Assembly (NCBI GenBank): GCA_042408785.1 | Contig: JBHOQU010000032.1 | Coordinates: forward strand, 26,798-90,797 | Reading direction: 5' to 3' | Origin: Dehalococcoidia bacterium | Lineage (GTDB): Bacteria > Chloroflexota > Dehalococcoidia > JAUQQI01 | Length of the DNA: 64,000 nucleotides | Shown here: positions 26,381 to 35,548 of the stretch, piece by piece | How positions within the stretch are numbered: position 1 is the first letter of the stretch | Layout of the letters: every line of letters starts with the position of its first letter | The notes under the pieces: model-generated | The model's input: only the letters and a program-made list of their open reading frames with translations | The model's database searches: none | What the model was told of the DNA's origin: nothing | Translations under genes and position numbers: made by a program

Positions 26381-27522
26381 TTCCCCGGGAGGAGTTTTAC
26401 CGGCGGCAAGAGTCGGCCCGGAAACTGGCAGCCGAGGCCGGCTTTGCCGGGCTTCTGGCCGTGGGCCGCTCTTTTTACGACCGGCCTGGGCCCCTGGCCT
26501 ATCTGACCAATCATTTCCCCGCCTTTCCGGCAACGGCCTTCGCCCCGGGGATGCGGGGTCTGGGCCACGGGGTTTTCATCCTGCCGGTGGCGGGCGACCC
26601 GGTCCTCTGCATTGACCTTCGCAGTTACCGGAAGGAGCTGGTGGCCGTCGACGACGTCCGCCAGGCCGGCGACCTGGTAAGGCTGGTGGCGGAGGTTCTG
26701 CGGGAAAAGGGCCTGGCCGGGGGCCGGCTGGGCTTGGCCGGATGGGATATCCTGCCCCTGGCGTTCTACCGGGACCTCGTCAACCTTCTGCCCGAGCTGA
26801 GGCTGGAGCCGGCCGATGACCTGCTGAACCGGCTGCGGCGGGTGAAGTCCGAGGCCGAGGTGGGCCTCCTGCGTCAGGCCGCCCGGATTGCCGGGGCGGG
26901 GCTGGAGGGTGCCCTCAAGGCCATCAGGCCGGGGGTTACCGAGGCGGAGGTGTGCGCGGCCGGCACCGCCGCCGCCCTCCGGGCCGGGGCGGACTTTGTC
27001 CGCTACCTGCGGGTGCATTCCGGCCCGTGGTCGGCGGCCGGTTCCCGCTGGCCCCAGGCCACCGACCGGCGCCTGGAGGCCGGCGACCTGGTGGCCCTGG
27101 ATATCATCGGGGCCTTTCGGGGCTATCAGTTTGACGTCAACCGGAGCACCGTGGTCGGCGAGGCCGACCGCCGGGCCCGGCAGCTTCTGGAGGCCGTCTA
27201 CCTGGCAAGCCGACTGATGGTGGAGCACTGCTACCCCGGCGTGCCGGCGGCCGAGCTGGTTCGGGTTGCCCGGCGCGGCCTGGAGGAGCTGGGATTCGGG
27301 GCCTACGCCGCGGCGATGATGGGCCACGGCATCGGCCTTGAAACCGTCGAACCGCCCTACATTACGGCCGACGCCGACGACGTCCTGGAGCCGGGAATGG
27401 TCCTGGCGGTGGAGCCCGGGGTCTTTATCCCGGGCTGGGGCGGGGCCAACATCGAAGAGATTGTGGTGGTCCGCGACGGCCCCCCGGAGACCCTCACCCT
27501 CATTCCGGCCCGGCTTTGGTGA
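26377..27522 (+). CDS. M24-family metallopeptidase (Xaa-Pro aminopeptidase/creatinase-like)
   Basis: Creatinase_N-like N-terminus and a pita-bread fold with metal ligands (DIIGAFRGYQFD, HGIGLE, EPG...EE pattern). Confidence 0.75.
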   Translation: MIPREEFYRRQESARKLAAEAGFAGLLAVGRSFYDRPGPLAYLTNHFPAFPATAFAPGMRGLGHGVFILPVAGDPVLCIDLRSYRKELVAVDDVRQAGDLVRLVAEVLREKGLAGGRLGLAGWDILPLAFYRDLVNLLPELRLEPADDLLNRLRRVKSEAEVGLLRQAARIAGAGLEGALKAIRPGVTEAEVCAAGTAAALRAGADFVRYLRVHSGPWSAAGSRWPQATDRRLEAGDLVALDIIGAFRGYQFDVNRSTVVGEADRRARQLLEAVYLASRLMVEHCYPGVPAAELVRVARRGLEELGFGAYAAAMMGHGIGLETVEPPYITADADDVLEPGMVLAVEPGVFIPGWGGANIEEIVVVRDGPPETLTLIPARLW

Positions 27523-28714
27523 GCAGGTTGAAGGCCGTCGCCAGGTAAACCTTTAGCTGGGTGACCAGCGAATCCACCAGCACGTGCTCGTCGGGGCCGT
27601 GGGCGTGGAAGCCCACCGGGCCGAACACCACTGTATCGATGCCGGCCTGCCGGTAAAGCCGGCCGTCGGTGGCCCCCGCCCAGTTGACGAAGAATTCCGG
27701 CTCCTTTCCGGTGACCTGCCGGTAGGCGGCCTGGATGGTCCGGACGAGCCGGCTGTTCGGGTCGGTCATGTTGGCGGGCATAAAGGGTATCTGCCCCTCC
27801 TCCGCCCGGGTCAGAATTTCGTAGCTTCCTGCCCCGAACTCGGCCACTACCCGGTCCAGGGTCTCCCGGACCTCCGCCAGCACCGACTCCATCGTCTCGC
27901 CCGGCACTGTCCGCCGGTCGATAGTGATGACCGCCTCGGCGGGCACCTGGTTGGGCGTCTGGCCGCCGTGGAACATGTTCACGCTGATGACCGGATAGCC
28001 CACGGCCGGGTGGAACCGGTCGATGTGCCGGTCCAGGGCCACCACGGCCCGGGCGGCCAGGGCCACTGCGTTAACCCCCTCGGCCCGGGCGTAGGCCGTG
28101 TGGGTGGCCTTGCCCGTAAAGCGGACCTTGAACTGGAAGACGCCCCGCTCGGCGATGCGGAGCTTTAAATCGCTCTTCTCCCCCACCAGGACGGCGTCGG
28201 GCCGGGGCAGGGCGCCCGCCTGAATCTGCTCGATTAAAAACCCGGTGCCGAAGTTGCCGCCCCGCTCCTCGTCCGAAACCAGCTGGAGCTGGACCTGCCC
28301 GGGGAGGTCCGGGCAGTGGCGCTTGAACAGGATGAGGGCGTAGGTCATGGCCGCGCAGGAGCCCTTCATGTCCGAGGCCCCCCGGCCGTAAAGTTTGCCG
28401 TCGACGAGCTCGCCCGAGAAGGGCCCCACCGACCAGGCCCAGGGGTCCGGCACCGGGACGGTATCCAGGTGGCCGTTGAACGCGACGATGGGCCCGCCCC
28501 CGGCCCCCACCCACCCGACGACGTTGGGGCGGGCCGGGTCCCGGGCCAGGACCCGGGCGGCGATGCCGTGGTCGGCCAGAAGCCTCCGGGCAAACTCCAT
28601 CACGGCGGCCTCCTCGCCGCTTGGGCTTGGGATCCGGATAAATTCCCGGGCGATTTCTACCAGCTCGTTCGGGTCAACGGCCCCGATAAGCCTTTCAAGG
28701 CTGGTCTCCGGCAT
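27500..28714 (-). CDS. M20-family peptidase (ArgE/DapE/acetylornithine deacetylase-like)
   Basis: GHLDTVP metal-binding motif, GASDMKG and the SDEE pattern typical of M20. Confidence 0.75.
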   Translation of the reverse strand: MPETSLERLIGAVDPNELVEIAREFIRIPSPSGEEAAVMEFARRLLADHGIAARVLARDPARPNVVGWVGAGGGPIVAFNGHLDTVPVPDPWAWSVGPFSGELVDGKLYGRGASDMKGSCAAMTYALILFKRHCPDLPGQVQLQLVSDEERGGNFGTGFLIEQIQAGALPRPDAVLVGEKSDLKLRIAERGVFQFKVRFTGKATHTAYARAEGVNAVALAARAVVALDRHIDRFHPAVGYPVISVNMFHGGQTPNQVPAEAVITIDRRTVPGETMESVLAEVRETLDRVVAEFGAGSYEILTRAEEGQIPFMPANMTDPNSRLVRTIQAAYRQVTGKEPEFFVNWAGATDGRLYRQAGIDTVVFGPVGFHAHGPDEHVLVDSLVTQLKVYLATAFNLLTKAGPE

Positions 28715-29279
28715 TGGTCCCTCCTGTTGGGGTAGTAAGTCCCAGCTCCTCGGCGGTGAAAAGGGGCTCGAAGTCGTAGCCGGCCCGGCGGAGCCGCTCC
28801 CCGCCCCCCTCCTGCCGGTCGACGACGGCCAGCACCTTTATAACCTCAGCCCCGGCGGCCTCGGCTGCCGCAATGGCATTTAAGAGGGTCTCCCCCGTCG
28901 TCACCGTATCCTCAACGATGACCGCCCGCATCCCCGGCGTAAGGGGCCCCTCCACCTGGCGGCCGGTCCCGTGGGCCTTCGGCTCCTTCCGAACCAGGAA
29001 TCCGGCCAGGTTCCGGCCCCGCTGGTAGGCCAGCAGGCAGAGGCCCGCCACCAGCGGGTCGGCCCCGATGGTCGGACCCCCAACCGCTTCAAACTCCAGG
29101 TCCCTAACCCTATCCCAGAGAAGCTCGGCCGTTAAGGCCAGGCCGTCCCCCGAGAGGGAGACCATTCGGGCGTCGATGTAGTAGTGGCTTTTGCGCCCGG
29201 ACGAAAGGACCACCTCCCGGAAGCTTACGGCCCGCTCCAGGAGCATGAGCTTGAGCCGTTCCCGCAGAAGCTCCGACAT
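28695..29279 (-). CDS. pyrE: Orotate phosphoribosyltransferase
   Basis: Type I PRTase PRPP motif AVIVEDTVTTGETL. Start taken at MSELLRERL. Confidence 0.7.
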   Translation of the reverse strand: MSELLRERLKLMLLERAVSFREVVLSSGRKSHYYIDARMVSLSGDGLALTAELLWDRVRDLEFEAVGGPTIGADPLVAGLCLLAYQRGRNLAGFLVRKEPKAHGTGRQVEGPLTPGMRAVIVEDTVTTGETLLNAIAAAEAAGAEVIKVLAVVDRQEGGGERLRRAGYDFEPLFTAEELGLTTPTGGTNAGDQP

Positions 29280-29280
29280 C

Positions 29281-30291
29281 TCAATCGGCCTGCCAGACGT
29301 AGTTGCGGGCAAACTCAACCACCGCCCGCAGGTTCTCGGGCCGGGTGGTCGTCGGTATGGAGCAGTCCGGCCCCAGGATGAACCGAACCCCGCCCGTCTC
29401 CGCCACGGCCCGGCGAGCCTCGGCCAGGGCCGCCTCGGGGTCCGGAGCCGTCAGGGCCCGGTGGCTTACGCCCCCGATCAGGACCTTTTGGCCCAGGCGG
29501 GCCCGGGCCTCGCCCAGGGAGGGGTTGGTGGGGGAGGTGACCGCCCAGTTGACGGCCGGCACCGGGTAGTCGGCCAGGAGGTAGAGCATGCTGTTTTCCT
29601 GGCAGACGTGGAGGATGTTAAACCAGGCCGATTGGACGGCCTCAAGGACCCGCAGGTCGTAGGGCCGGCCGAACCGGACATACTCCTCCTCGGTCAGGAG
29701 GTTGCGGGTTGCCAGGGTTGTGGTGGCAAAGAAGATGCCGTCGGCCCCGGCTTCCAGGCAGGCCCGGGCGAAGGGGACAAAGGTCCGGGTTATAGCCTCG
29801 AGGGCCGCCTCCACCGCCGCCGGATGCTCCCGGAGCCACCGCGCCAGGGTAGGGTCCGAGCCCACCAGGTCGGCCGCCACCGAAAGGGGGTTAAAGATAG
29901 TGGCCACCATGGGCACCTCCGGACCCAGCTCCCGGCGGATGAGCCGCAGGGCTTCCAGCTGTTCCCCCAGGGCCCCGGCATCGGGGGGCGCCGGCCGGAT
30001 GGCCCCCAGCTCCTCGGGGGTGCGCACCGGGAACGTCACCTGGCGGGGCCGGTCGTGGGGCCCGCCGGGGTATTCGAACCGGGCACCCCACGGCTCGACG
30101 TGGTACTGGGCCCGAGGGTTGACTTTCAGGAAGTCGAAGTCGTACTCCCGCTGCCAGGCCACCATCGCCCGGGCCAGGTCCCGGGCCGAGGACTCCTGGT
30201 CGTAGAAATGCCGCCAGAAGGCGTAGGGCGGTCGGTCCGGCCGCTCCCCGGCCAGAACCCGCCGAAGCCGTTCCCGGTGGGTGAGGCTCAT
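29281..30291 (-). CDS. Uroporphyrinogen-decarboxylase (URO-D) family protein (MtaA/CmuA-like methyltransferase family)
   Basis: URO-D-like fold pattern (FWRHFY..., ATIFNPLSVAADLVG). Start at the internal Met, which shares one nucleotide (TGATG) with the upstream stop. Confidence 0.55.
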   Translation of the reverse strand: MSLTHRERLRRVLAGERPDRPPYAFWRHFYDQESSARDLARAMVAWQREYDFDFLKVNPRAQYHVEPWGARFEYPGGPHDRPRQVTFPVRTPEELGAIRPAPPDAGALGEQLEALRLIRRELGPEVPMVATIFNPLSVAADLVGSDPTLARWLREHPAAVEAALEAITRTFVPFARACLEAGADGIFFATTTLATRNLLTEEEYVRFGRPYDLRVLEAVQSAWFNILHVCQENSMLYLLADYPVPAVNWAVTSPTNPSLGEARARLGQKVLIGGVSHRALTAPDPEAALAEARRAVAETGGVRFILGPDCSIPTTTRPENLRAVVEFARNYVWQAD

Positions 30292-31049
30292 CAGGCCCGA
30301 ACCTCCTCGAGGAATCTCTTGAGGGCCGGAACCAGCACCCGGGTGACCCCGCCGCAGAAGTACTGGACGCCCCGCTCCCGCCAGTAGCGGGTCCACTCGG
30401 GGTCGATGGCCAGGGTTCCGGCGACCCGGCCGGCAGCCCGGATCTGCCGGACCGCGTCCTCGATGGCGGCCATCACCTCGGGGTGGCGGGGGTTGCCGGG
30501 GTGCCCCAGGGAAGATGATATGTCGGTGGGCCCGAGGAAGAAGACGTCAACCCCGTCAACCCGGAGCATTTCAGGCAGGTTGTCCAGCGCCTGCCGGTTC
30601 TCCACGTGGGTAATGAGCAGAAGCTCCCGGTTGGCCGCCGCCACATACTCGGCCAGGGGCGTAAGGCCGTAATCGGCGGCCCGGACGCTGGCCAGACCCC
30701 GGCGGCCCAGGGGCGGATACCGAACAGACTGGGCGGCCAGGCGGGCATCCTCGGCGGTGTTGATCATGGGCAGGTGAACCCCCAGGGCCCCGATATCCAG
30801 GTAGCGCAGGATCACCTGCTGGGCGTTCTGGGCCACCCGGATTATCGGGGTTATGCCGGAAAGCTCGGCCGCCCGGACCATCTCCAGGCACTGGGTAAGC
30901 TCGAGGGGCCCGTGCTCGGCATCGAAGATCATGAAGTCAAACCCTAGCCGGCCGGTTATCTCGACGATATTCGGGGCGTAAAAGTCGATGAAAAGGCCGT
31001 AGACGCACTCGCCGGCTGAAAGCTTGGCCTTGACGGGGTTGGGGCGCAC
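30291..31049 (-). CDS. HpcH/HpaI-family aldolase (2-keto-3-deoxy-sugar-acid aldolase-like)
   Basis: KAKLSAGECVYGLF...MIFDAEHGP N-terminus typical of the HpcH/HpaI/KDR aldolase family, and a PTDISSSLG motif. Confidence 0.7.
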   Translation of the reverse strand: MRPNPVKAKLSAGECVYGLFIDFYAPNIVEITGRLGFDFMIFDAEHGPLELTQCLEMVRAAELSGITPIIRVAQNAQQVILRYLDIGALGVHLPMINTAEDARLAAQSVRYPPLGRRGLASVRAADYGLTPLAEYVAAANRELLLITHVENRQALDNLPEMLRVDGVDVFFLGPTDISSSLGHPGNPRHPEVMAAIEDAVRQIRAAGRVAGTLAIDPEWTRYWRERGVQYFCGGVTRVLVPALKRFLEEVRA

Positions 31050-31106
31050 GTTCTCCTCCGCTTAACGAAGCTTTCGGCCAAGAGGATAACCCACCTGGGC
31101 CTGGAA

Positions 31107-31784
31107 TTACAAGGCCAGGTCGGCCAGACTGTGGACCACCGGCAGGTCCTCGGGCAGGTCGGCCGCCGGCGGGCGGACGATGAGAAAGCCGTGAAGGCCG
31201 GCCTCCCGGGCGGCCCGGACGTGCCTGGGCAGGTCGTCGACGAAAAGGGTTTCCTCCGGCCGAAGCCCGAGCCTGGCCAGCCCCAGGCCGAAAATCGCCG
31301 GGTCCGGCTTGGCCAGCCCCACCTCGGCCGAGATGATTATGGTGTCGAAATAGGCCGTAAGGCCCAGCCGGTCAATGGCCTCCCGGAAGGAGGGGACGGC
31401 GTTGGAGACGATGCCGAGCCGCAGGCCCCGCCGCCGCCAGGCCTCCAGGGCCGGAACGGTATCCGGGAAAAGCTCCAGAAAGTTTAGATAATCCGTCGCC
31501 TCGGCCAGACGGCGGACCAGCCCGGGGCTGGTGGGGAGCTTCAGGGCCGAGAGGACCCGCCGGCAGTAGGCCCGCCAGAGCCTCTGCTCTTCGGCCCGGG
31601 TCCGGGCGTTGGGCTCGGGCCAGTTGAATTCCAGGTCGGCCGCCAGGATTGCCCGCTCCAGGGCCTCGGGGTCCGGGGCGAAGCCGGCCTCCCGCAGGAA
31701 GCGGCCGAACCGGTCGGCCCGGGTGTATTTGACCTGGAAGAGGGTGCCCCCAGCGTCCAGGAGGCCCCCCTTAAAGTTGGACAC
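31107..31784 (-). CDS. HAD-superfamily hydrolase
   Basis: LLDAGGTLF motif I, IVSNA motif II and LFVDDLPRHVRAAREAG motif IV. The start was moved to an internal site to avoid a 98 nt overlap with the upstream peptidase. Confidence 0.6.
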   Translation of the reverse strand: MSNFKGGLLDAGGTLFQVKYTRADRFGRFLREAGFAPDPEALERAILAADLEFNWPEPNARTRAEEQRLWRAYCRRVLSALKLPTSPGLVRRLAEATDYLNFLELFPDTVPALEAWRRRGLRLGIVSNAVPSFREAIDRLGLTAYFDTIIISAEVGLAKPDPAIFGLGLARLGLRPEETLFVDDLPRHVRAAREAGLHGFLIVRPPAADLPEDLPVVHSLADLAL

Positions 31785-33639
31785 CGGGCACGTGCCTCCG
31801 CAGAAAGTCCACGACCCGCCGGAAGGCGTCGATGCGGTTCTCCCGCCGACTGAAGCCGTGGCCCTCATTTTCGTAGATTTTAACCTCCACCACCCCGCCG
31901 GCCGACCGGACGGCCTCGGCGACCTGGCGGGTTTCCTGCACGGGACAGCGGATGTCGTTGGCCCCGGCCAGCAGGAGCAGGGGAGCCTTGATCCGGTCGG
32001 CGAAGAAGATGGGGGAGCGGTCCCGCCACAGCTCGGCGTCGGCCACCGGGTCGCCCATCATCACCCGGTCGTAGGCCTGGAGGGTAGGGTCCTCGTTTTC
32101 GAATTCGGTGAACCAGTTGGCAAAGGGCACAACGGCCACCCCGGCCGCCCAAAGGTCGGGATATTTGGCCAGGGCCATCAGGGTGAGGTAGCCCCCGTAG
32201 GAAGCGCCCATAACGGCGACGGCCCTCGGGTTAACGTAGCCGGACGCCCTGAGAAAATCCAGGGCGGCCACCAGGTCCCGGAGGTCCCCCTCGCCCAGGT
32301 CCTTGCGGTTGGCCTCCTGGAAGGGCCGCCCGAACCCGGTGGAGCCCCGAAAGTTCGGGGCGATGACGATAAACCCGTGGGAGACCAGGAACTGGATGTC
32401 GGGGAACCAGCCGTTCTGGTGCTGCCAGGTGGGGCCGCCGTGGGCGTAGACAACGGCCGGGCGGGACCCGTCCGGCCGGATGTTCGGGGGAACGTAAACG
32501 AAGGCGGCAATAGGGGTGCCGTCGAAGGAGGGGTAAACCACAAGCTGCGGCCGGACGAAGTTTCGCCGGGTCAGGCCCCCCACCAGGCTCCGGGTGAGCC
32601 GGTAAAGGCGGCCGGTCGGCCGGTCCAGTCGCCAGGCCTCCGGCGGGGAATCGGCCGAGGCGTAAAGGAGCAGGAGACGCCGGCCGGAAGGGTCAAACTC
32701 GGCCGAAAGGTAGACCCCTTCGGGAAGGGGAATGGGGGTTTCGAGGCCGTCCGGAGTTCGGATAAAGGCCCGGTGGCTTCCGGCCACGTTGCGGACGTAG
32801 ACGAACTCGGGGCCCCTCCGGGAGACGGCCAGGGCATAGCTTTCCCACTCGCCTAGGGTGAGCCAGTCCAACCGGCCGGTTACCGTATCCAGCAGGCCGA
32901 CGGCCTCTAAGTCGGCCCCGTTGGCGTTGGAGTTTATGACCAGGTGCCGGCCGTCGGGCAGCCAGTCGACGGCGGCGGTGATGTGCTCCCCGTCCACCGG
33001 GATGAGAACCTTCTCCTGGCGGGTATCCAGGTCAAGGAGGGTAACCCCCGAATGGAGAAAGTCGTGGGTTCTGGTCAGGGCCAGCCGGCGGCCGTCGGGA
33101 CTCCAGCGGAGGCCGGCGCACTGGCCGTGTTCGGTCCCGGCGACCCGGGTAATCTCGGCCGTTACGGTGTCGGCCAGGTAAACGGAGTACTGGCCCGGCC
33201 TATCCCGCTCGGCGGCGAAGGCGACCAGGCGGCCGTCGGGCGACCAGCGGATGCTCCGGTAGCCGACGCCCTCGGTTCGGGTAAGGTTGCGGGGCCGGCC
33301 GCCGGCGGCCGGAAGCAGAAAGATGTTCGGCTTCTCGTTTCCGGCCCGGTCCTGGGTGTAAAGGAGCCAGCGGCCGTCGGGGGAGGGCCCTTCAAGGCGG
33401 GTGCGCTCGTCGGAGACGGTGAGCTGTTCGGGCCAGCCCCCGCCGGCCGGCATCCGCCAGATGTTGAAGCGGCCGGTGATGTTGGCCTCCAGGTAGATAA
33501 GCCGGCCGTCGGCCGACCAGCGGGCGGCCGCCAGCTGGTGGGCATGGTAGAGGGCCTCCAGGTCCAGGGGGCCGTAGCCGGGACGCTGGGGGCTTTTAAT
33601 CGGTTCGGTTTTAAGGCTCGCCGCTGGGGTTGGAATCAC
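31771..33639 (-). CDS. S9-family serine peptidase (prolyl oligopeptidase/acylaminoacyl-peptidase-like: beta-propeller plus alpha/beta hydrolase)
   Basis: N-terminal WSPDGR propeller repeats; C-terminal GASYGGY nucleophile elbow and downstream Asp/His region. Confidence 0.8.
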   Translation of the reverse strand: MIPTPAASLKTEPIKSPQRPGYGPLDLEALYHAHQLAAARWSADGRLIYLEANITGRFNIWRMPAGGGWPEQLTVSDERTRLEGPSPDGRWLLYTQDRAGNEKPNIFLLPAAGGRPRNLTRTEGVGYRSIRWSPDGRLVAFAAERDRPGQYSVYLADTVTAEITRVAGTEHGQCAGLRWSPDGRRLALTRTHDFLHSGVTLLDLDTRQEKVLIPVDGEHITAAVDWLPDGRHLVINSNANGADLEAVGLLDTVTGRLDWLTLGEWESYALAVSRRGPEFVYVRNVAGSHRAFIRTPDGLETPIPLPEGVYLSAEFDPSGRRLLLLYASADSPPEAWRLDRPTGRLYRLTRSLVGGLTRRNFVRPQLVVYPSFDGTPIAAFVYVPPNIRPDGSRPAVVYAHGGPTWQHQNGWFPDIQFLVSHGFIVIAPNFRGSTGFGRPFQEANRKDLGEGDLRDLVAALDFLRASGYVNPRAVAVMGASYGGYLTLMALAKYPDLWAAGVAVVPFANWFTEFENEDPTLQAYDRVMMGDPVADAELWRDRSPIFFADRIKAPLLLLAGANDIRCPVQETRQVAEAVRSAGGVVEVKIYENEGHGFSRRENRIDAFRRVVDFLRRHVPGVQL

Positions 33640-33862
33640 GGCTGTTATCTCCCGGGCAGGGTTTACGGGCCGGCGGGTACTTCCCCAAACTACGTTTTAA
33701 AACAGCCGGGGTCCCGGGGGCAAACCCTACAGGCGGCCCGTTAGGGAAACGCCCGGCCGTATATGCCACAAGCTGGGGCATCGTCCCTCTGGGCCGGCCC
33801 CGATGGGCTATAATAAAAGGTGAATGACTGTCCGGCGTAGCCTGAAGCTCCCGAGGTGGTAG

Positions 33863-34153
33863 GTGGCCATGCCAACGTACGAGTACCTCTGTGACAGCTG
33901 CGGTTTTCGGTTCGAAAGGTTCCAGCGCATTACCGAAGACCCCATCTCCCACTGCCCCCGCTGCCAGGGGGCAGTCCACCGGGTCTTCTACCCGGTAAGC
34001 ATCATGTTTAAAGGTCGAGGTTTCTACAGCACCGACTACGGCCGCGGTGGTGCCGCCTCCGGGAACGGCAAGGTCGAGGACTCCGCCAAAACCCAAGCCG
34101 AACGGGCTGAGGCCGGTACGGAAAGCAAGTCCTCGGATAAGTCCACAACCTAA
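33863..34153 (+). CDS. FmdB-family zinc-ribbon protein
   Basis: MPTYEYLCDSCGFRFE...CPRCQG CxxC...CxxC pattern typical of the FmdB putative regulatory family. Confidence 0.75.
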   Translation: MAMPTYEYLCDSCGFRFERFQRITEDPISHCPRCQGAVHRVFYPVSIMFKGRGFYSTDYGRGGAASGNGKVEDSAKTQAERAEAGTESKSSDKSTT

Positions 34154-34591
34154 TTGCGGGCCGTCGTCCAGCGGGTCAGCCGGGGCGCCGTCCGGGTCGG
34201 GGACGAGCTGGTGGCCGAGATCGGACGGGGCCTCGTCGTTCTGGTGGGAGTGGGCCGGGATGATTCGGAGGCCAGTGCCCGCCGGCTGGCCGAAAAGGTT
34301 GCCTATCTGCGCATCTTCCCCGACGAGGCCGACCGGATGAATCGGTCGGTTCTGGACATTGGGGGTGAGGTGCTGGTGGTAAGCCAGTTCACCCTTTTGG
34401 CCGACACCAGCCGGGGCCGGCGGCCCTCTTTCGTCAATGCGGCCCCGCCCGAGCAGGCCGAACCCCTTGTGAGCCTCTTTGCCGTGACGCTGCGGGAACT
34501 GGGTTTAACGGTGAAGACCGGCCGCTTCGGGGCCCACATGCTGGTGGAGGTCTTCAACGACGGCCCCGTAACCATCATCCTGGAGACGTAG
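34154..34591 (+). CDS. dtd: D-aminoacyl-tRNA deacylase
   Basis: [12 protein letters not shown]... SQFTL...NDGPVT Dtd signature. TTG start immediately after the fmdB-like stop. Confidence 0.85.
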   Translation: MRAVVQRVSRGAVRVGDELVAEIGRGLVVLVGVGRDDSEASARRLAEKVAYLRIFPDEADRMNRSVLDIGGEVLVVSQFTLLADTSRGRRPSFVNAAPPEQAEPLVSLFAVTLRELGLTVKTGRFGAHMLVEVFNDGPVTIILET

Positions 34592-34600
34592 TCCAACCCC

Positions 34601-35533
34601 CTACCGGAGCTTGCCGATAAACTCGGCCAGCCCCTCCCGCCCGTCGACCCTGACCCGGGGCAGGGTGAGCCGCTCTTCAAGCCGCAGGATGTTCCCGGGA
34701 CGGGTGGTCACCGCCGTCCGGTAGCCGGCCGCCTCCACCAGGCCCACCGCCGCCGGGTTATAGCGGCCGGCCGGGTAAGCGAAGTCGGCCACGGCTACCC
34801 CCAGCCGCTCCTCCAGCCGCTGTTTGCTTAAGAAGATTTCCCGGCGGGCCCGGTCGGGGGCTGCCGTGGTAAGGTCCACGTGGGTGAGGGTGTGGGAACC
34901 GACGGCAACCAGTCCCTCCGAAACCAGGGTTGAAAGCATCTCCCAGGTTAGGTAGGCCGGCCGGTCCAGAAAATCCACGATGACGTAGACGGTGGCCCGA
35001 AAGCCCCGGGCCTTCAGGACCGGGTAGGCCGCCGTGAAGAAGTCCCGGTAGCCGTCGTCGAAGGTTAAAACCACGGGCCTGGGGGGCAGGGGAGCGCCGG
35101 CGGTCCAGGCCGCGTAAACGTCTTCTAAGGTCACCGGGGTAAATCCCGCCTCGGCCAGGTAGGCCATCTGTCGGCCGAAGAGGTCGGGGTTCACCGAAAG
35201 CCCCGCCCCGATCCGGTCGACCGGGTTGGGGTTAATCCGGATGTAGTGATACATAAGGATGGGGACCCGAAGGGTCCGCCCGGGTGCCGCCGGGGCTGGA
35301 GGTGCCGGGCCGGGGGCCTCGGGCTGATGGCTGGCCGGGATGGCCACGGGGGGTGGGGTGGGCTCGGGCGGGGCTGAACGGGTCGGCTGGCCGTATTCTT
35401 CCGGCGGAATCGGTACCGAGTGCCCGGAGGATACTTCCGCCGGGATTTTCGCCCGGTTCTCAACGGGCGGACTGGTTGCCGCCAGTATAAGCAGGCAGAG
35501 CAGGGCTACCGGCAGGATTCGGCTTCGATGCAC
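34601..35533 (-). CDS. Polysaccharide deacetylase (NodB homology, CE4) with signal peptide and Pro-rich linker
   Basis: Signal peptide, then a PEPTPPP linker, then TFDDGY NodB motif and PAGRYN. Confidence 0.8.
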   Translation of the reverse strand: MHRSRILPVALLCLLILAATSPPVENRAKIPAEVSSGHSVPIPPEEYGQPTRSAPPEPTPPPVAIPASHQPEAPGPAPPAPAAPGRTLRVPILMYHYIRINPNPVDRIGAGLSVNPDLFGRQMAYLAEAGFTPVTLEDVYAAWTAGAPLPPRPVVLTFDDGYRDFFTAAYPVLKARGFRATVYVIVDFLDRPAYLTWEMLSTLVSEGLVAVGSHTLTHVDLTTAAPDRARREIFLSKQRLEERLGVAVADFAYPAGRYNPAAVGLVEAAGYRTAVTTRPGNILRLEERLTLPRVRVDGREGLAEFIGKLR

Positions 35534-35548
35534 CAGTTTGATATCTCA

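Noticed and set aside
31609-32856. 415 aa plus-strand ORF antisense to the S9 peptidase
   Set aside because: Shadow ORF; the S9 peptidase nucleophile elbow and propeller repeats are on the minus strand.
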